This document shows positions 29,574-42,530 of a DNA stretch of 64,000 nucleotides, in pieces. The DNA is from Candidatus Latescibacterota bacterium. GTDB taxonomy: Bacteria > Latescibacterota > UBA2968 > GCA-2709665. The notes under the pieces were generated by a model. That model had not been told where the DNA came from. It saw only the letters and a program-made list of their open reading frames with translations, and made no database searches. Position numbers and translations under genes: made by a program. Position 1 is the stretch's first letter. Each line of letters opens with the position of its first letter. Where the stretch lies: assembly GCA_965237675.1 (NCBI GenBank), contig OZ250150.1, forward strand, positions 5,504,001 through 5,568,000, given 5' to 3'.

Positions 29574-31175
29574 TTGACTGACTTGACTTCCCCGCTATCT
29601 AATCCGGCGGCTTACGCCTGGCGTCCTGTGTCAGCAGGGGTGATGCTTTGCCTGCTTCTCAAGACCGCAGCGTTCGCCGATCCCGAAGGGCGCTGCGGGA
29701 CGCCCTTCCTTTCCGGACGTGCACATCCCGGTGTCGCGGAAAAAAAATCGGCCGCCGATTCCTTTAGCGTCGGCGACCCCCTGACCGTTCGTGCGTTCAA
29801 TTTCGGCGCGGTTGCGGGTTCCGATCATTACTATCTGACCACAACCACCTGCCGTTTGAGAGGCGAACACTGCTACATTTTCGTCGAGGACGATATCTGG
29901 AACGGCCCGGACGTCACGCCCGGCGCCGTCGCATCCCTCGCCCGGGCGTTCGACCGGTCCACCCCCCGGTATCGCGAACGCGGCATTTACTCCATCGATA
30001 CCGAAATCTTCGGCCCCCCGCCCGACGCGGACGGCGATCCCCGGGTCCTGATCGTTGTACTGGATATTATGGACAACATCCGGAGCGGCACCTTCGTGGG
30101 GTACTACGATACCGGGAACCAGGCGGCGCCGGTCGGCCGGGAAATCCTCTACATCGACAGCAATCCCCTGGACCTCGACAGCAACCTGGCGCGCGCCACC
30201 CTTGCCCACGAATTCCAGCACCTGCTGCACTGGAACGCCGATCCCGACGAACACAGATGGGTGGACGAGGGCTGTTCAGAATACGCCGAACTGGCCTGTG
30301 GTTACAAGAACACCACCGGCGCGGCAGCACAGAACTTCCTCGGTGTTCCCAACCTCCTCAAATCGCCGGACCCCGCACTTTTTGTACCACCCAATACCGG
30401 CCTGACAGATGGCGCCAGCTGGTCCGACGGCGACTTCCTGCCTTTCCTCTTCGACCAGGCCTTTCTTCTCACGACCTATTTCGCCCAGCGTTACGGCAAT
30501 ACGGCCGTCGCCCGCCTGGTCGCCGAGCCGGCAAACGGCCTTGACGGGTTCAACCTTACGCTGGAAGCGCTCGACGTGGCCGAGCGCTTCGGACAATTCT
30601 GGGCCAACTGGGCGGCAGCCCTGTACGTGAACGCAGAGGGCGGCCCGGGATATCGCGGAATCACCCTCAACCCGGTCCGGCGGGATACGGTCGAGGTTCC
30701 GGCCGACGACCTCGGCGGCGGCCTCCAGCTCTGGGGCATCGACTATTTCGTGCCTCGAATATCGGGTTTCCCGGGCCTCTCGCTGGATGTCAGAAGCGAC
30801 AGCGACCTGCTGGTGACGCTGGTTTCCAATCGAGACGACACACACGACGTCGCCGCCGTCGCCGTCCCGCGCGGCGCCCCACGCCGCCTTGGCCTCTACG
30901 GGGGCTCGCCATCCGTATTGGCCGTCACACGCACGTCCGCAGGCCCCCCGTCCTACACCCTCTCCCTCACGTTGCGCGAAGGCCACGCCCCGGGTGCCGC
31001 GGACTTCAACGCCAGCGGAACGGTCGATTTTCCTGATTTCGTCGCCTTTGCCGCCGGCTTCGGTAAATCCGCAGGCAGTCGGGGATTCGATCCCTCCTTC
31101 GATCTCGACGGGGACCGCTCCGTCTCATTTGCGGACTTCATCATCTTCGCGCGGAACTTCGGCAACTCACCGTGA
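29574..31175 (+). CDS. Secreted zinc metallopeptidase (M30-like) with C-terminal dockerin-like double EF-hand
   Basis: RCGTP pro-motif, TLAHEFQH...WVDEG.SE; tail DFNASGTVDFPDF...FDLDGDRSVSFADF..FARNFG. Start uncertain. Confidence 0.82.
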   Translation: MTDLTSPLSNPAAYAWRPVSAGVMLCLLLKTAAFADPEGRCGTPFLSGRAHPGVAEKKSAADSFSVGDPLTVRAFNFGAVAGSDHYYLTTTTCRLRGEHCYIFVEDDIWNGPDVTPGAVASLARAFDRSTPRYRERGIYSIDTEIFGPPPDADGDPRVLIVVLDIMDNIRSGTFVGYYDTGNQAAPVGREILYIDSNPLDLDSNLARATLAHEFQHLLHWNADPDEHRWVDEGCSEYAELACGYKNTTGAAAQNFLGVPNLLKSPDPALFVPPNTGLTDGASWSDGDFLPFLFDQAFLLTTYFAQRYGNTAVARLVAEPANGLDGFNLTLEALDVAERFGQFWANWAAALYVNAEGGPGYRGITLNPVRRDTVEVPADDLGGGLQLWGIDYFVPRISGFPGLSLDVRSDSDLLVTLVSNRDDTHDVAAVAVPRGAPRRLGLYGGSPSVLAVTRTSAGPPSYTLSLTLREGHAPGAADFNASGTVDFPDFVAFAAGFGKSAGSRGFDPSFDLDGDRSVSFADFIIFARNFGNSP

Positions 31176-31232
31176 ATCATGACCGGGGTTTTTCCCTTCC
31201 TGCTATTGAGCCCCTCCGAGAGAACCGCCACT

Positions 31233-31967
31233 CTACTCCGCAAGCGCCGCACGACGCCAGTACCCGGCAAAGTGACCCTTCAGCCACGTTAGCGGCACCC
31301 TCAGCAACGCGTTGTATCCACCCCACGTCCAGCGTGTAACACGCTTCAGCCCGGACGCCGACGCCAGCACGGCCGCGCGCGCGTCGTCCAGCGGCGGCGC
31401 CTCGAGACCCAGCGTCAGCAACTCCCTTTCGTAGGTGAATCGAACCCTATTCTGAGCGTGGGCGGCCAGCTTTTCAGGAGCCGGAATCCGGGTATGGGGG
31501 CAGACCGTTTGGCGCTCCGTAAACAGAAAAGACGAAATCCACTGCGAAGAGACCTTACCACGGGCGCCGCTTGCCGTCTCTTCCACCGTTTCCCGGCTCA
31601 ATACCCCATAGGTACGGCAGACCAACGGCCGGACGGGATAGATTGAACATGCCCCCGCGCCGGTCAGAAACGGACATCGCACCGGCCGTTCCTCCGTCAT
31701 GCCCAGTACCGCGTCGCGTGTTTCGGCCTCGAAGTGATCCTGCACATAGTCCACGATGTTGAAATACTCAATTGAATATAGCGGATACATGGTGGCGAAA
31801 TCCGCTTCCATCTCCTCCTTTGTGAGCTCACAACACTGCCCCAACCGGTCACAGTGGCACGAAACGGCCGGCACCTGGTCGTAAACCGCCTGAAGGCGCC
31901 GGCGGTCGTTTTCCGAAAGCCGACGCCGCTCCTCGGAGGGCGCGATCTGCAGCAGATTTGTGGTCAC
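31233..31967 (-). CDS. YkgJ-family cysteine-cluster protein
   Basis: C.C...GQCC and CPFL....CSIYPVRPLVCRTYG. Confidence 0.85.
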   Translation of the reverse strand: MTTNLLQIAPSEERRRLSENDRRRLQAVYDQVPAVSCHCDRLGQCCELTKEEMEADFATMYPLYSIEYFNIVDYVQDHFEAETRDAVLGMTEERPVRCPFLTGAGACSIYPVRPLVCRTYGVLSRETVEETASGARGKVSSQWISSFLFTERQTVCPHTRIPAPEKLAAHAQNRVRFTYERELLTLGLEAPPLDDARAAVLASASGLKRVTRWTWGGYNALLRVPLTWLKGHFAGYWRRAALAE

Positions 31968-31978
31968 AGTGTAGCTGC

Positions 31979-34344
<2,366 letters not shown>

Positions 34345-34372
34345 CGTGCCAATATCTCCTCACAGAGGCTGA

Positions 34373-34401
34373 ATTATAGAAATCCTTCAGCACCCTGTCA
34401 A
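34373..34401 (-). promoter_or_regulatory. Consensus sigma70 promoter for the TPR-eno-ykgJ operon
   Basis: Perfect TTGACA-N17-TATAAT. Confidence 0.8.
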
Positions 34402-34477
34402 GCGCGATTTCGGTCCGAGCCCGCGTTTTTTGCTTGACGGGTTCCCGGCGCCTCCTTATTTAGGAGACCGCAATCCA

Positions 34478-35767
34478 ATGCCGCGTGTTGCGTCCTCAAC
34501 CCCGAACCCCGGATTCCGTGTGCGTTTCAGACCCGCTCTCATTCTTCCCGGCATTCTCATGGCCGCCACCGGCGTCGGCGCGGGAGACCTGCTCACTGCC
34601 AGCCTGGCCGGCTCGAAAATCGGCGTTGCGATCGCATGGGCTGCCGTGGTCGGCGCGCTACTCAAATGGACCCTGAACGAGGGTATCGCCCGCTGGCAGA
34701 TGGCCACCGGGACCACGATGCTGGAAGGTTGGGTCCACCGTCTCGGCGCCTGGGTGCAGTGGGTCTTTATTGTGTACCTTTTTATCTGGAGCTTTTCCGT
34801 AGGCGGCGCACTGGTGACGGCCTGCGGCGTGGCGGGCACCGGTCTGCTTCCGATCGGCGATCCGGCGACATCCAAGATCGTGTGGGGCATCATCCACGCC
34901 CTGGCCGGTCTGGCCCTGGTATGGATCGGCGGTTTCCGCGTGTTTGAGATTCTCATGTCGGCGTGCATCGCCCTGATGTTCGTTACGGTTCTGCTCACGG
35001 CCCTGTTGTTGGGTCCGGATTGGAACGCCCTGGCCAGAGGCCTGTTCTTTCCCGCCATCCCGCCGGGAGGCGTGGGCTGGACCCTCGGTGTGCTGGGAGG
35101 CGTCGGCGGTACGGTCACACTGCTGTCTTACGGTTATTGGATTCGGGAAACGGGCAGGCACGGGCGGAAGGGCGTGGAAGCCTGCCGCATCGACCTGGCG
35201 GTGGGGTACACCGTCACCGCGCTGTTCGGCGTTGCGATGATCATCATCGGGTCCCGCGTCGCGCTGGACGGGAAGGGGGCGTCACTGGCGCTCATCCTGT
35301 CGGGCCAACTCGAACAGGCGCTGGGGGCGCCGGGCAAGTGGGCTTTCCTGCTGGGCTTCTGGGGGGCGGTCTTCTCCAGCCTGCTCGGCGTCTGGCAGAG
35401 CGATCCTTACATGTTCGCGAATTTCCTCGCCCTGCGCAAAGGCGTCTCGCCCGAAGCCTTTCAAAAATCGGACGTGACCCGATCCACGGCCTACCGCGCC
35501 TACCTGGTGGGCCTGGCCACCGTGCCCCTCGTCCTGTTGTGGGGTTCGGTGGCGAAGGTCCAACTCACCTATGCCGTCCTGGGATCGCTTTTTCTGCCCC
35601 TGGTCGCGCTGACCCTCCTGCTGATGAACAACAGGTCGGACTGGGTGGGACCCGGCTTCAAGAGCCACCCCGTCATCAACGCCATCCTCGTTGCCACCCT
35701 CCTGTTCTTCGTATACACCGGGGCGAAGAAAGTCGTCGCCATCCTCGGTCCGCTGCTGAATGGCTGA
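34478..35767 (+). CDS. Nramp-family (YcsG-like) divalent metal transporter
   Basis: PGILMAATGVGAGDL, EGIARWQMATG, GGVGG; about 11 hydrophobic segments. Confidence 0.88.
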   Translation: MPRVASSTPNPGFRVRFRPALILPGILMAATGVGAGDLLTASLAGSKIGVAIAWAAVVGALLKWTLNEGIARWQMATGTTMLEGWVHRLGAWVQWVFIVYLFIWSFSVGGALVTACGVAGTGLLPIGDPATSKIVWGIIHALAGLALVWIGGFRVFEILMSACIALMFVTVLLTALLLGPDWNALARGLFFPAIPPGGVGWTLGVLGGVGGTVTLLSYGYWIRETGRHGRKGVEACRIDLAVGYTVTALFGVAMIIIGSRVALDGKGASLALILSGQLEQALGAPGKWAFLLGFWGAVFSSLLGVWQSDPYMFANFLALRKGVSPEAFQKSDVTRSTAYRAYLVGLATVPLVLLWGSVAKVQLTYAVLGSLFLPLVALTLLLMNNRSDWVGPGFKSHPVINAILVATLLFFVYTGAKKVVAILGPLLNG

Positions 35768-35857
35768 ACTGCCCGGGGTGTTTCTCACACTGTAGTAACC
35801 CAGTGTGAGAGAAAACCTCTCCTCTGCCCACGCCGTACCCCCGCCGACGTTGAATTT

Positions 35858-35882
35858 GTAGGGGCAGCCCTTGTGGTTGCCC
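35858..35882. repeat. GTAG-type REP element at the array boundary
   Basis: GTAGGGGCAGCCCTTGTGGTTGCCC. Confidence 0.7.
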
Positions 35883-35908
35883 GCATTGCCCCCAACCGGG
35901 CTGGTTGT

Positions 35909-38338
35909 TCAGTTCTTGCCAAAGGCGCCGGCGAAGATTAGAAAGTCACTGAACCCGATCGTGCCGTTCCCATCCAGATCATACCGCGCATCATACCCCT
36001 CGACGCCCTGACTCAACCCAAACTGCACCGCGAACTGTACGAAGTCGGAAAAACCGACGTTCCCATCGCCATCGAAGTCGCTCCTGGCTATCGAGGTTGC
36101 GGTGAAGGTCACCGGCTTGAGATCAACGACCGTCGCGACAACGGTGTTCGTGCCCGGCTGGCGCCCCAAGGTCAGGGTGGTGACGGCCTGGCCATCGGCA
36201 TCGGTTGTGCTGGTCGTTACGGATGAAGTCCCGTCGCCGGCGGTGACCGTGAAGGTGACGGCTGCATTCGGCAGAGGATTGCCGTACTGATCCCGCACTT
36301 CCACCACCAGGGGCTTGGCGAGCTCCGCTCCGGGCGCCCCCTGCTGGCCGTCACCAGAGACGATCTCAAGCGCGGAAGGACGAGGCCCCGTCCACTCGGA
36401 CGTGTTCCACAGGGTGATCGTGCCGTACGACCACGATCCGGCGGCGAGAATCGCGCCGTCGGGCGAAAAGGACAACTTCGTACTGTGAAATGCATCTGGC
36501 AGAGTGACGATCTGTCTTCCCGTCCCAACCTCCCACAGTGTGATCGTCCCTGAAAAGCAAGCCAGGATGGCGCCATCGGGCGACAACGCGAAGCTCGACC
36601 CCTCATGGGTAGCTGTCGGTTCCCGACTCTCCACGTCCCACAGCGTGACCTTGGCATCTGGCCACGACGGCCAGATGAGCCTTTTCCCATCGGGCGAAAA
36701 CGCCACCTGCCCTACCGCCCCCCGTGTACGCTCAGGGATGGTGATTTCTGCTCGGCTCTCCACGTCCCATAGCCTGACGGTGGCTTCGTCGGTTTTCCAG
36801 GAATCGCCTGACCCGGAGGCGAGCAGCGTTCCATCGGGAGAAAAAGCCACCGCATTGATCATAGCTGCATGTCCTTCCAGAGTAGCGATCTCCTTTCGGC
36901 TCCCGACGTCCCACAGCCTCACCGTGCGATCCTCCGACCCGGAAGCCAGTAGAGCCCCGTCGGTGGAAAACGCCACGGATCTGACTGAACGCGTATGCCC
37001 TTCGAAGGTGTCAATCAGCTCCCGGTTCCTTACGTCCCACAGCTGGATCGCTAAACCCCGTGGCGAGGCGAGCAGGTCTCCCTCGGGTGAAAACGCAATC
37101 GCATCGCCACCCGCGCCTTCGAGAGTCCCGATCCGTTCGCGTGTGCTCACGTCCCACAGAATGAATGAACCAGAACCCCACGGCCCGGCTGCAAGGATGG
37201 ATTCGACGGGCGAAAACGCCACGGACCCGACGTGGTCCGTATCTCCCCTCAGGATAGCGATCTCGTATGGCGAACTCTCGGTAAGGAACGAATTCGACTC
37301 ACTCACGTTCCCTTCCGCATCGACGGAGACGATGAGAAGGTGATGTCTGGGCTGATCGGAGAGGTTCGTAAAGCCCCGTTCCCAGAAGCTGCCGTCATAG
37401 TTGAACTCAACGACGGCGTCCGTTTTGCCGAGCACACCACGACACGGTTTGGCGTTGCCGATCAGGCCCACCTGATGAAGTCCCTCCGAGTCGCTCACCC
37501 GGAGCTTGACCGGGACGCTTTTCAATCCGGACTGATATCTCGTGGACGACGTGATCTCCACGGTTGGCGGCGTCCCCTCCTCTATCGGACTGTCGGGATT
37601 GAAGCAGGTATGCACGGACAGGAATTCCGCGGCGCACGACGACAACTCGGACCGACGACGACCGCCATAGGACATGATGTACCGATTGTCTCTGAAGTCG
37701 TGGTACAGTCCGAAGGTATGTCCGAGTTCATGAGTCACCGTGAAGAAACCGAACCTGTCCGGCACCACCAGATAACCGCCATTTTTCGTCCGCCGCCGTC
37801 CGACCCCTCCCGCAGGCTGACCATTGCCCTGACGAAGCGCATCAGTACCCAGGACGATGAAGTAGATGTTCGCATCCAGATCGAACGCCTGTTCGAGCTC
37901 TTCCATCACCGCCCACCCAAGGGTGTTGTCGTAGTGACTGAAGGGATGCCGTCCGTCGACGCGATGCACCAGCGGCTCGCCCTGGGCATCGGTCTCGATG
38001 CCGAAGGTCCAGTCGCCGTAGCCGTGGGCCTGCATCTGCTCGCGGTAGAAGGTCTGACTCTGCTTGATCACCGTCTTCATCGAATCGACCACGTCCGAGC
38101 GGTACGGCCAGTCGTTCGGGAGGAAGTAGATCATCCGAACCGTGCGCGTTGCGCCGACGTTTAGATCGGCCGGTCGCTTGGCCGCGGGGCGGGTGGGGTC
38201 CAGCCGCGACTGCTCGAAGTCGAAGGCGCAGAAATTCATGCTGTCTGCGGGCGGGGGAGAAGCGCGGGCGGCCGACAGGGGGGAGAGGAGGAGGCCCAGT
38301 AACAGGATGATGCCGAGATGAAGAACGGGAGGTTTCAT
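35909..38338 (-). CDS. Secreted metzincin + WD40 + Big-1 Ig + class-A dockerin-like tag
   Basis: Signal peptide; HELGHTFGLYH...YIMSYG; GH..V..VAFSPDG..LASGS.D.TV.LWD repeats; VSGDGQ..VRDQYGNP; DFDGDG/DLDGNG tail. Confidence 0.9.
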   Translation of the reverse strand: MKPPVLHLGIILLLGLLLSPLSAARASPPPADSMNFCAFDFEQSRLDPTRPAAKRPADLNVGATRTVRMIYFLPNDWPYRSDVVDSMKTVIKQSQTFYREQMQAHGYGDWTFGIETDAQGEPLVHRVDGRHPFSHYDNTLGWAVMEELEQAFDLDANIYFIVLGTDALRQGNGQPAGGVGRRRTKNGGYLVVPDRFGFFTVTHELGHTFGLYHDFRDNRYIMSYGGRRRSELSSCAAEFLSVHTCFNPDSPIEEGTPPTVEITSSTRYQSGLKSVPVKLRVSDSEGLHQVGLIGNAKPCRGVLGKTDAVVEFNYDGSFWERGFTNLSDQPRHHLLIVSVDAEGNVSESNSFLTESSPYEIAILRGDTDHVGSVAFSPVESILAAGPWGSGSFILWDVSTRERIGTLEGAGGDAIAFSPEGDLLASPRGLAIQLWDVRNRELIDTFEGHTRSVRSVAFSTDGALLASGSEDRTVRLWDVGSRKEIATLEGHAAMINAVAFSPDGTLLASGSGDSWKTDEATVRLWDVESRAEITIPERTRGAVGQVAFSPDGKRLIWPSWPDAKVTLWDVESREPTATHEGSSFALSPDGAILACFSGTITLWEVGTGRQIVTLPDAFHSTKLSFSPDGAILAAGSWSYGTITLWNTSEWTGPRPSALEIVSGDGQQGAPGAELAKPLVVEVRDQYGNPLPNAAVTFTVTAGDGTSSVTTSTTDADGQAVTTLTLGRQPGTNTVVATVVDLKPVTFTATSIARSDFDGDGNVGFSDFVQFAVQFGLSQGVEGYDARYDLDGNGTIGFSDFLIFAGAFGKN

Positions 38339-38498
38339 CGTGGTATCCTGCTTTCGAAAAGTCGCTATCCCAAACTCTCGATCTCGGGCACTACGAGGAC
38401 AGCCGCGGTGCAACGCCACAGTTATGGACAGGTTACGCGGCCGCGTCCAACAAGCCTCAACAAACGCTTTCGAACCAGAATTGTGCGGACCTTCAGTT

Positions 38499-41400
38499 TT
38501 ACGAGGTTGTTTTTCCGAAGGCGCCGTCGAAGATCAGAAAATCGCCGAACCCGATGGCGCCGTCCTCATCCAGATCGTACCGCGCATCGTATCCAGCATG
38601 ACCTTGACTTCGCCCAAATGCGGAGGCAAATAGCAAAAAGTTGCTGAAACCGACGGTCCCATCGCCGTCGAAGTCGGGATTGGGAGTTAGAGGGGCGATG
38701 TAGGGCGAAATATCCCACAGCAACATTGTGCCGTCCGATGCTCCGGAGACCAGGGTGGCGCCGTCGCGCGAAAACCCAACGGAATGGACCCAACCCGTGT
38801 GCCCTTCCAGTGTGGCGATCTGTTCTCGGGGCTCCACGTCCCTCAGCCTGACGGTGCGGTCCCACGACCCGGAAGCCAGAAGTGCGCCGTCGCAAGAAAA
38901 CGACATGGAACCGACCCCGGACGTGTGCCCTTCAAGAGTGGCAATCCTTGCCATTCTGGCCGCGTCCCACAGCCCGACCGTGCCATTCTGATATCCCAAC
39001 GCCAGAGTAACTCCATCGCTAGAAAGCGCCATCGTGGACAAGAACCCATGACCGGACACACCGGCGGCATCGCCCGTCTCCACGTCCCGAATCAACACGG
39101 TGCCGTCAGAGGCGCCGGAGACCAGGGTCGCGCCATCGGACGAAAACGCCACCGAACTGACACCCTCAGTATGTCCTTCCAGCACGGCGATCGGTTCACC
39201 ACCGGGCACGTCCCACAACTTGATCGTCTCATCACCTGACCCAGACGCGAGCACTTTTCCATCGGGCGAAAATGCCACCGAACCGACACCCTCAGTATGT
39301 CCTTCCAGCACGGCGATCGGTTCACCACCGGGCACGTCCCACAACTTGATCGTCTCATCACCTGACCCAGACGCGAGCACTTTTCCATCGGGCGAAAATG
39401 CCAACAAGACATTTCCCTCATGGCCTTCGAGGGAGGCGATCTGGTCTCCGCTGGCCACGTCCCAAAGATGAATCACGCCATCCTGAATCGCGCTATCCCA
39501 TGCCAAGGTAGCCCGACGGGTTCCATCGGGCGAAAGCGCAAAGCCTTCGAGCGAGGTGATCCGGTCTCCGCCGGCCACGTCCCAAAGATGAATGGCGGTA
39601 CCAGACCCGGAAGCCAAACGGGTTCCATCGGATAAAAACGCCAACGAATGGACCGCCTGCGTATGGCCTTCGAGGGAGGCGATCTGGTCTCCGCTGGCCA
39701 CGTTCCACAAACGCACTGTGTAATCACTGAGCAACCGCACGCCGGCCGCGATCATTTTCCCATCGGGGGGTGAAAACGCCACCGAATGGACGGTCTCCGT
39801 ATAGCCTTCAAGGGAGGCGATCCGGTCGCCACTGGTCACGTCCCATAACCGCACCGTATTTTCACTTAACTCGGGGAAAAACGAAGGAAAAAACGCGTCT
39901 CCCAACCCGGCCACGAGCATTTTCCCATCAGGGGGCGAAAACGCCACCGAAGCGACTCCATCGGTATGGCCTTCGAGCGTGGCGATATTCGTGTTCGTCG
40001 CCACGTCCCACAACTTCACCGTCTCATCAAATGTTCTTCCTCCTGACGCGATCAATTGGCCATCGGGCGAAAACACCACCGAAGCGACCCCATCGGAATG
40101 GCCTTCGAGCGTGGCGATATCTGTTTTCGTCGCCACGTCCCACAACTTCACCGTCTCATCATTTGATCCGGATACGAGCATTTTCCCCTCAGGCGAAAAC
40201 ACCACCGAAGCGACCCCATCGGAATGGCCTTCGAGCGTGGCGATATTTGTCTTCGCCGCCACGTCCCACACCTTGATCGTCCTGTCCCAGGATCCCGACG
40301 CCAAGATGACGCCGTTTGGCGAAAAAGCCACCGAATTCACCCCGTCTGTATGCCCTCTCAAGTTGGCAATCTGCGTGGTGGACTCCAGGTGCCACACTGT
40401 AATCATCCCGTCCCAAGACCCGGTTGCCAGAATGGCGCCATTGGGCGAGAAGACCACCGAACCGACGTCGCTATTTGCGCCGTGCAGGGTTGCAATCTGG
40501 TGTGGGGACATTTCCGAGAGCACGAAATCCGTGTAGCCTACGTCTCCCTCTGAATTGACAACCTGAATGCGAATCGGATGGGCAACCGGATCCGAAAGAC
40601 TGGATCCGAAGGAAGATGGAATGGTACCGTCATACTCGAATTCCACGACAGCATCTCTTCCGCCTGACAATCCGCGACACGCCTTGATCTCGGACACTCC
40701 GGCAGTGATGTCTATGTCCCTGGTTACAGCGAAGAGGATCACTTGGTGAAGGTCGTACGAGCCGCCAACCTTGAGTTGGATCGGCGCGCTCCTGGTACCA
40801 GCCACATAAGTCCGCGACGAAACGAGCTCAGCGGTCGGTCTACGCTCCCAGTCACTTTCGAGAGAGCTTTCGTCATTAAAGTACGGATTTACGGCCAGAA
40901 ACTCCGCAGCACACGCTGACAGTGAGTTTCGTCTCCAACCTCCGTACGACATGATATACCGATTGTCCCTGAAATCGTGCAGCAGCCCGAACGCATGTCC
41001 CAGTACGTGGGCTACGGTTATAAAGATTACACTGCTAGGAACCAGGGCACTGCCGCGCTTCTTGTAACCTCCACCGGTTCCCCCCGCACGACGCCCTCCG
41101 CCCAGGCCGATTGCATTTATACTATGGTCAACGACGATCAGGTAGATGTTCTCCTGGAGGTCGAAGATCAGATCGATCTCGTCATAGACAACGTGGGTGT
41201 TATCCAAATAGTGGCTGTCCGGGTGCTGCCCGACCACTTGATGCACGAGCGGCTCACCCCGGGCGTCGGTTTCGATGCGCAAGGTCCCCATGCCGTACCC
41301 GTGCGACTCCATCTGTTCGACAAAGAAGGTCTGAGCCTGGCGAATCCTGACGCTTATCGAATCGATGACTTCCTGCCGGAAAGGACGGTCGTTGGGCAGG

Positions 41401-41618
41401 AAGTAGATCATCCGCACGGTGCGGGGTTCGCCCACGTTCAGGTCCGCCGCGAACTTAGCAGCGGGGAGGGGATGCTCCCGCCGCCATTGCTCGTAATCGA
41501 AAACCACACAGGAGTGGACGCTGTCGGCCGGCGGAGACGACGCATGGGCAGACGACCGCGGGAAGACAACAAGGCCGAGCACAATACAAAAAGCGGATTT
41601 TAGGACCGAAGGTTTCAG
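38499..41618 (-). CDS. Secreted metzincin-like (HVLGH) + long WD40 array + class-A dockerin-like tag; probable CTG start
   Basis: Paralog of 35909-38338; about 14 WD40 repeats. The codon homologous to the paralog's ATG is CTG (41618). Confidence 0.85.
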   Translation of the reverse strand: MKPSVLKSAFCIVLGLVVFPRSSAHASSPPADSVHSCVVFDYEQWRREHPLPAAKFAADLNVGEPRTVRMIYFLPNDRPFRQEVIDSISVRIRQAQTFFVEQMESHGYGMGTLRIETDARGEPLVHQVVGQHPDSHYLDNTHVVYDEIDLIFDLQENIYLIVVDHSINAIGLGGGRRAGGTGGGYKKRGSALVPSSVIFITVAHVLGHAFGLLHDFRDNRYIMSYGGWRRNSLSACAAEFLAVNPYFNDESSLESDWERRPTAELVSSRTYVAGTRSAPIQLKVGGSYDLHQVILFAVTRDIDITAGVSEIKACRGLSGGRDAVVEFEYDGTIPSSFGSSLSDPVAHPIRIQVVNSEGDVGYTDFVLSEMSPHQIATLHGANSDVGSVVFSPNGAILATGSWDGMITVWHLESTTQIANLRGHTDGVNSVAFSPNGVILASGSWDRTIKVWDVAAKTNIATLEGHSDGVASVVFSPEGKMLVSGSNDETVKLWDVATKTDIATLEGHSDGVASVVFSPDGQLIASGGRTFDETVKLWDVATNTNIATLEGHTDGVASVAFSPPDGKMLVAGLGDAFFPSFFPELSENTVRLWDVTSGDRIASLEGYTETVHSVAFSPPDGKMIAAGVRLLSDYTVRLWNVASGDQIASLEGHTQAVHSLAFLSDGTRLASGSGTAIHLWDVAGGDRITSLEGFALSPDGTRRATLAWDSAIQDGVIHLWDVASGDQIASLEGHEGNVLLAFSPDGKVLASGSGDETIKLWDVPGGEPIAVLEGHTEGVGSVAFSPDGKVLASGSGDETIKLWDVPGGEPIAVLEGHTEGVSSVAFSSDGATLVSGASDGTVLIRDVETGDAAGVSGHGFLSTMALSSDGVTLALGYQNGTVGLWDAARMARIATLEGHTSGVGSMSFSCDGALLASGSWDRTVRLRDVEPREQIATLEGHTGWVHSVGFSRDGATLVSGASDGTMLLWDISPYIAPLTPNPDFDGDGTVGFSNFLLFASAFGRSQGHAGYDARYDLDEDGAIGFGDFLIFDGAFGKTTS

Positions 41619-41784
41619 TGTGATAACCTGCTTTCCAGAATCAGCTATCCCAAGCTCACGATCTCGGTTCGTAACGTTAGAGGCGCGCTGCCACGCCACC
41701 GTTATAGACAGGTTGTGTTGCTGCGTCCAACAAGCCCACAAAGACCCCGTCGAACCAGCAAGGCACGAATCTAACGGATCTCGC

Positions 41785-42530
41785 TCACTCTGTTACCAGA
41801 TGCCATTTCAGCTTGGATCCGGGCAAGGAAACGGCCACCCCTTCCACCTCCAGTTCATCCAGCTTCACCGGCAAATTCCCGCGTAGAAGAAAACCCTGAT
41901 CTTCATACGGGCCGATGAGAGAATCTTCTTTGTTGTCCAGTTTGATCTTTCGTCCTCCTACACACGTAAAGACAATGTCCTTGAACTTGCGGGGTTTGCC
42001 AATATCGGCAGTGGCGTATGCCTTACCCAGAATCTGTGTCGGATCCAGCGAAAAACCGCTGGCGACAGCCTGTGTTGTCCAGCGCTGGCACGATATTTCA
42101 AGTGTCACGACCTCATCTCCGCGGTTGTTGCGCCCCACCACGCGAACCGGCTTGTCGAACACCTTCACCCGGGAACTTGTAAACGCCGCGATGCGATCAT
42201 CCAGCAGAGGGTGCGAGCGAAACGCCCGCATATTCTTTTGGTCGACCCCGACGTAATCCGTGCAATACCGCAATTTCTTCAACACACGCGTCATTTCGGC
42301 GAGCCCTTCGCCGCCGTATTGCCGCTCCAGATACAACGCCGCCATGGCGTCGGCCTCTTCCTCCATCGATCGCGGCTAGCCTTCGTAAAACACATCGGTC
42401 GCGGCCTTGACCAGGTTGTATGCCAGGCCGCCGAATATTACCGCTTTTTCCACTTTGTCTTCCTTTGATTTCTTCCCGGCCAGCACACCCACAAGCACGC
42501 CCGCGCCTTCAGCTTCGGCATGCGTGAAAA
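41785..42530 (-). pseudogene. M48-like peptidase fragment
   Basis: YEG*PRSMEEEADA (in-frame TAG at 42376-42378 in the G-Y-x-R-x-x-E-x-E-A-D motif) and FRSHP...RI; 5' part missing. Confidence 0.6.
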
